NCBI GenBank assembly: GCA_054661495.1
Contig: BAAFSQ010000013.1
Location: forward strand, 52,506-84,505
Reading direction: 5' to 3'
DNA from: Zygophlyctis sp. KS116
Taxonomy: Eukaryota > Fungi > Chytridiomycota
Length of the DNA: 32,000 bases
The notes under the pieces are model-generated. The model was not told where the DNA came from, did not search any database, and worked only from the letters and a program-made list of their open reading frames with translations. This document shows, piece after piece, positions 31,613-32,000 of the stretch (positions within the stretch are counted from its first letter, which is position 1; every line of letters starts with the position of its first letter). A program made the translations under genes and the position numbers.

Positions 31613-31895
31613 CAGAATTGGTAAATTCACTTACTTTTTTCTTCTGTGGCCTACACCTCACATCACAATTTTTTTTTAAATGTTGCCGCAGATTCAACTG
31701 AATATTTTTTATTGAATTTTTCAAAATACACTCAAAAAGTTAATTCATTGTATAATATTCATTGTTGTAATCGTGCTGAATTCTAGGCATGCAAATTCAT
31801 ACATGAGACGTTTTATCGTAAAATTTTCCCATTTCTGAGACATATCGCTCCCTTATAAAGTACCCCTTGTTACACAATCTTTCAAATTTTGAGAA

Positions 31896-32000
31896 ATGCT
31901 TAATCCATTAGTTCTTGTTTATGCACTGACATTAATTGCATCTGTTTTTGCTGATTACGCTACTGATGTCCGAATCAACAAAACATATGTTGCATTCATG
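31896..32000 (+). CDS. 5' fragment of a secreted protein (runs off the window)
   Basis: MLNPLVLVYALTLIASVFA-DYATDVRINKTYVAFM; signal-peptide-like and open to the window end. Confidence 0.55.
   Translation, partial: MLNPLVLVYALTLIASVFADYATDVRINKTYVAFM

Overview
This is AT-rich eukaryotic DNA with very compact genes and tiny GT-AG introns (24-31 nt). The gene content (TCTEX1D2, IQCC-like, DHCR24, ZW10, MGM1) points to a flagellated early-diverging fungus, probably a chytrid; this is an inference. The first 10 kb is accessory. It holds (a) a tandem array of five intronless secreted/membrane proteins with a shared pro-domain, an [L/I]xxR/KR/RR Kex2-type site and largely unrelated payloads; the two youngest copies are near-identical up to the cleavage site and unalignable after it. 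It also holds (b) DCN1 and (c) a 21-exon, 738-aa secreted plant-type LRR protein. In that gene each repeat is its own phase-2 exon (mostly 72 nt), and a Kex2-type site precedes a 6-Cys C-terminal domain. The remaining 22 kb is housekeeping: MGM1, DHCR24, SNF4, an RRM protein, QCR6, ZW10, a C2H2 factor, RPS5, DNAJC3, TCTEX1D2, AIR1/2, CIA30, IQCC-like, GALE, VPS18 and NOG2. These genes are packed with gaps as small as 13-40 bp, and two convergent pairs share a TTAA stop. NOG2 has four oversized introns: two hold snR71-like C/D snoRNAs, one holds a snR191/U19-like H/ACA snoRNA and one holds an orphan structured RNA. All exon boundaries were derived by hand and no searches were run.
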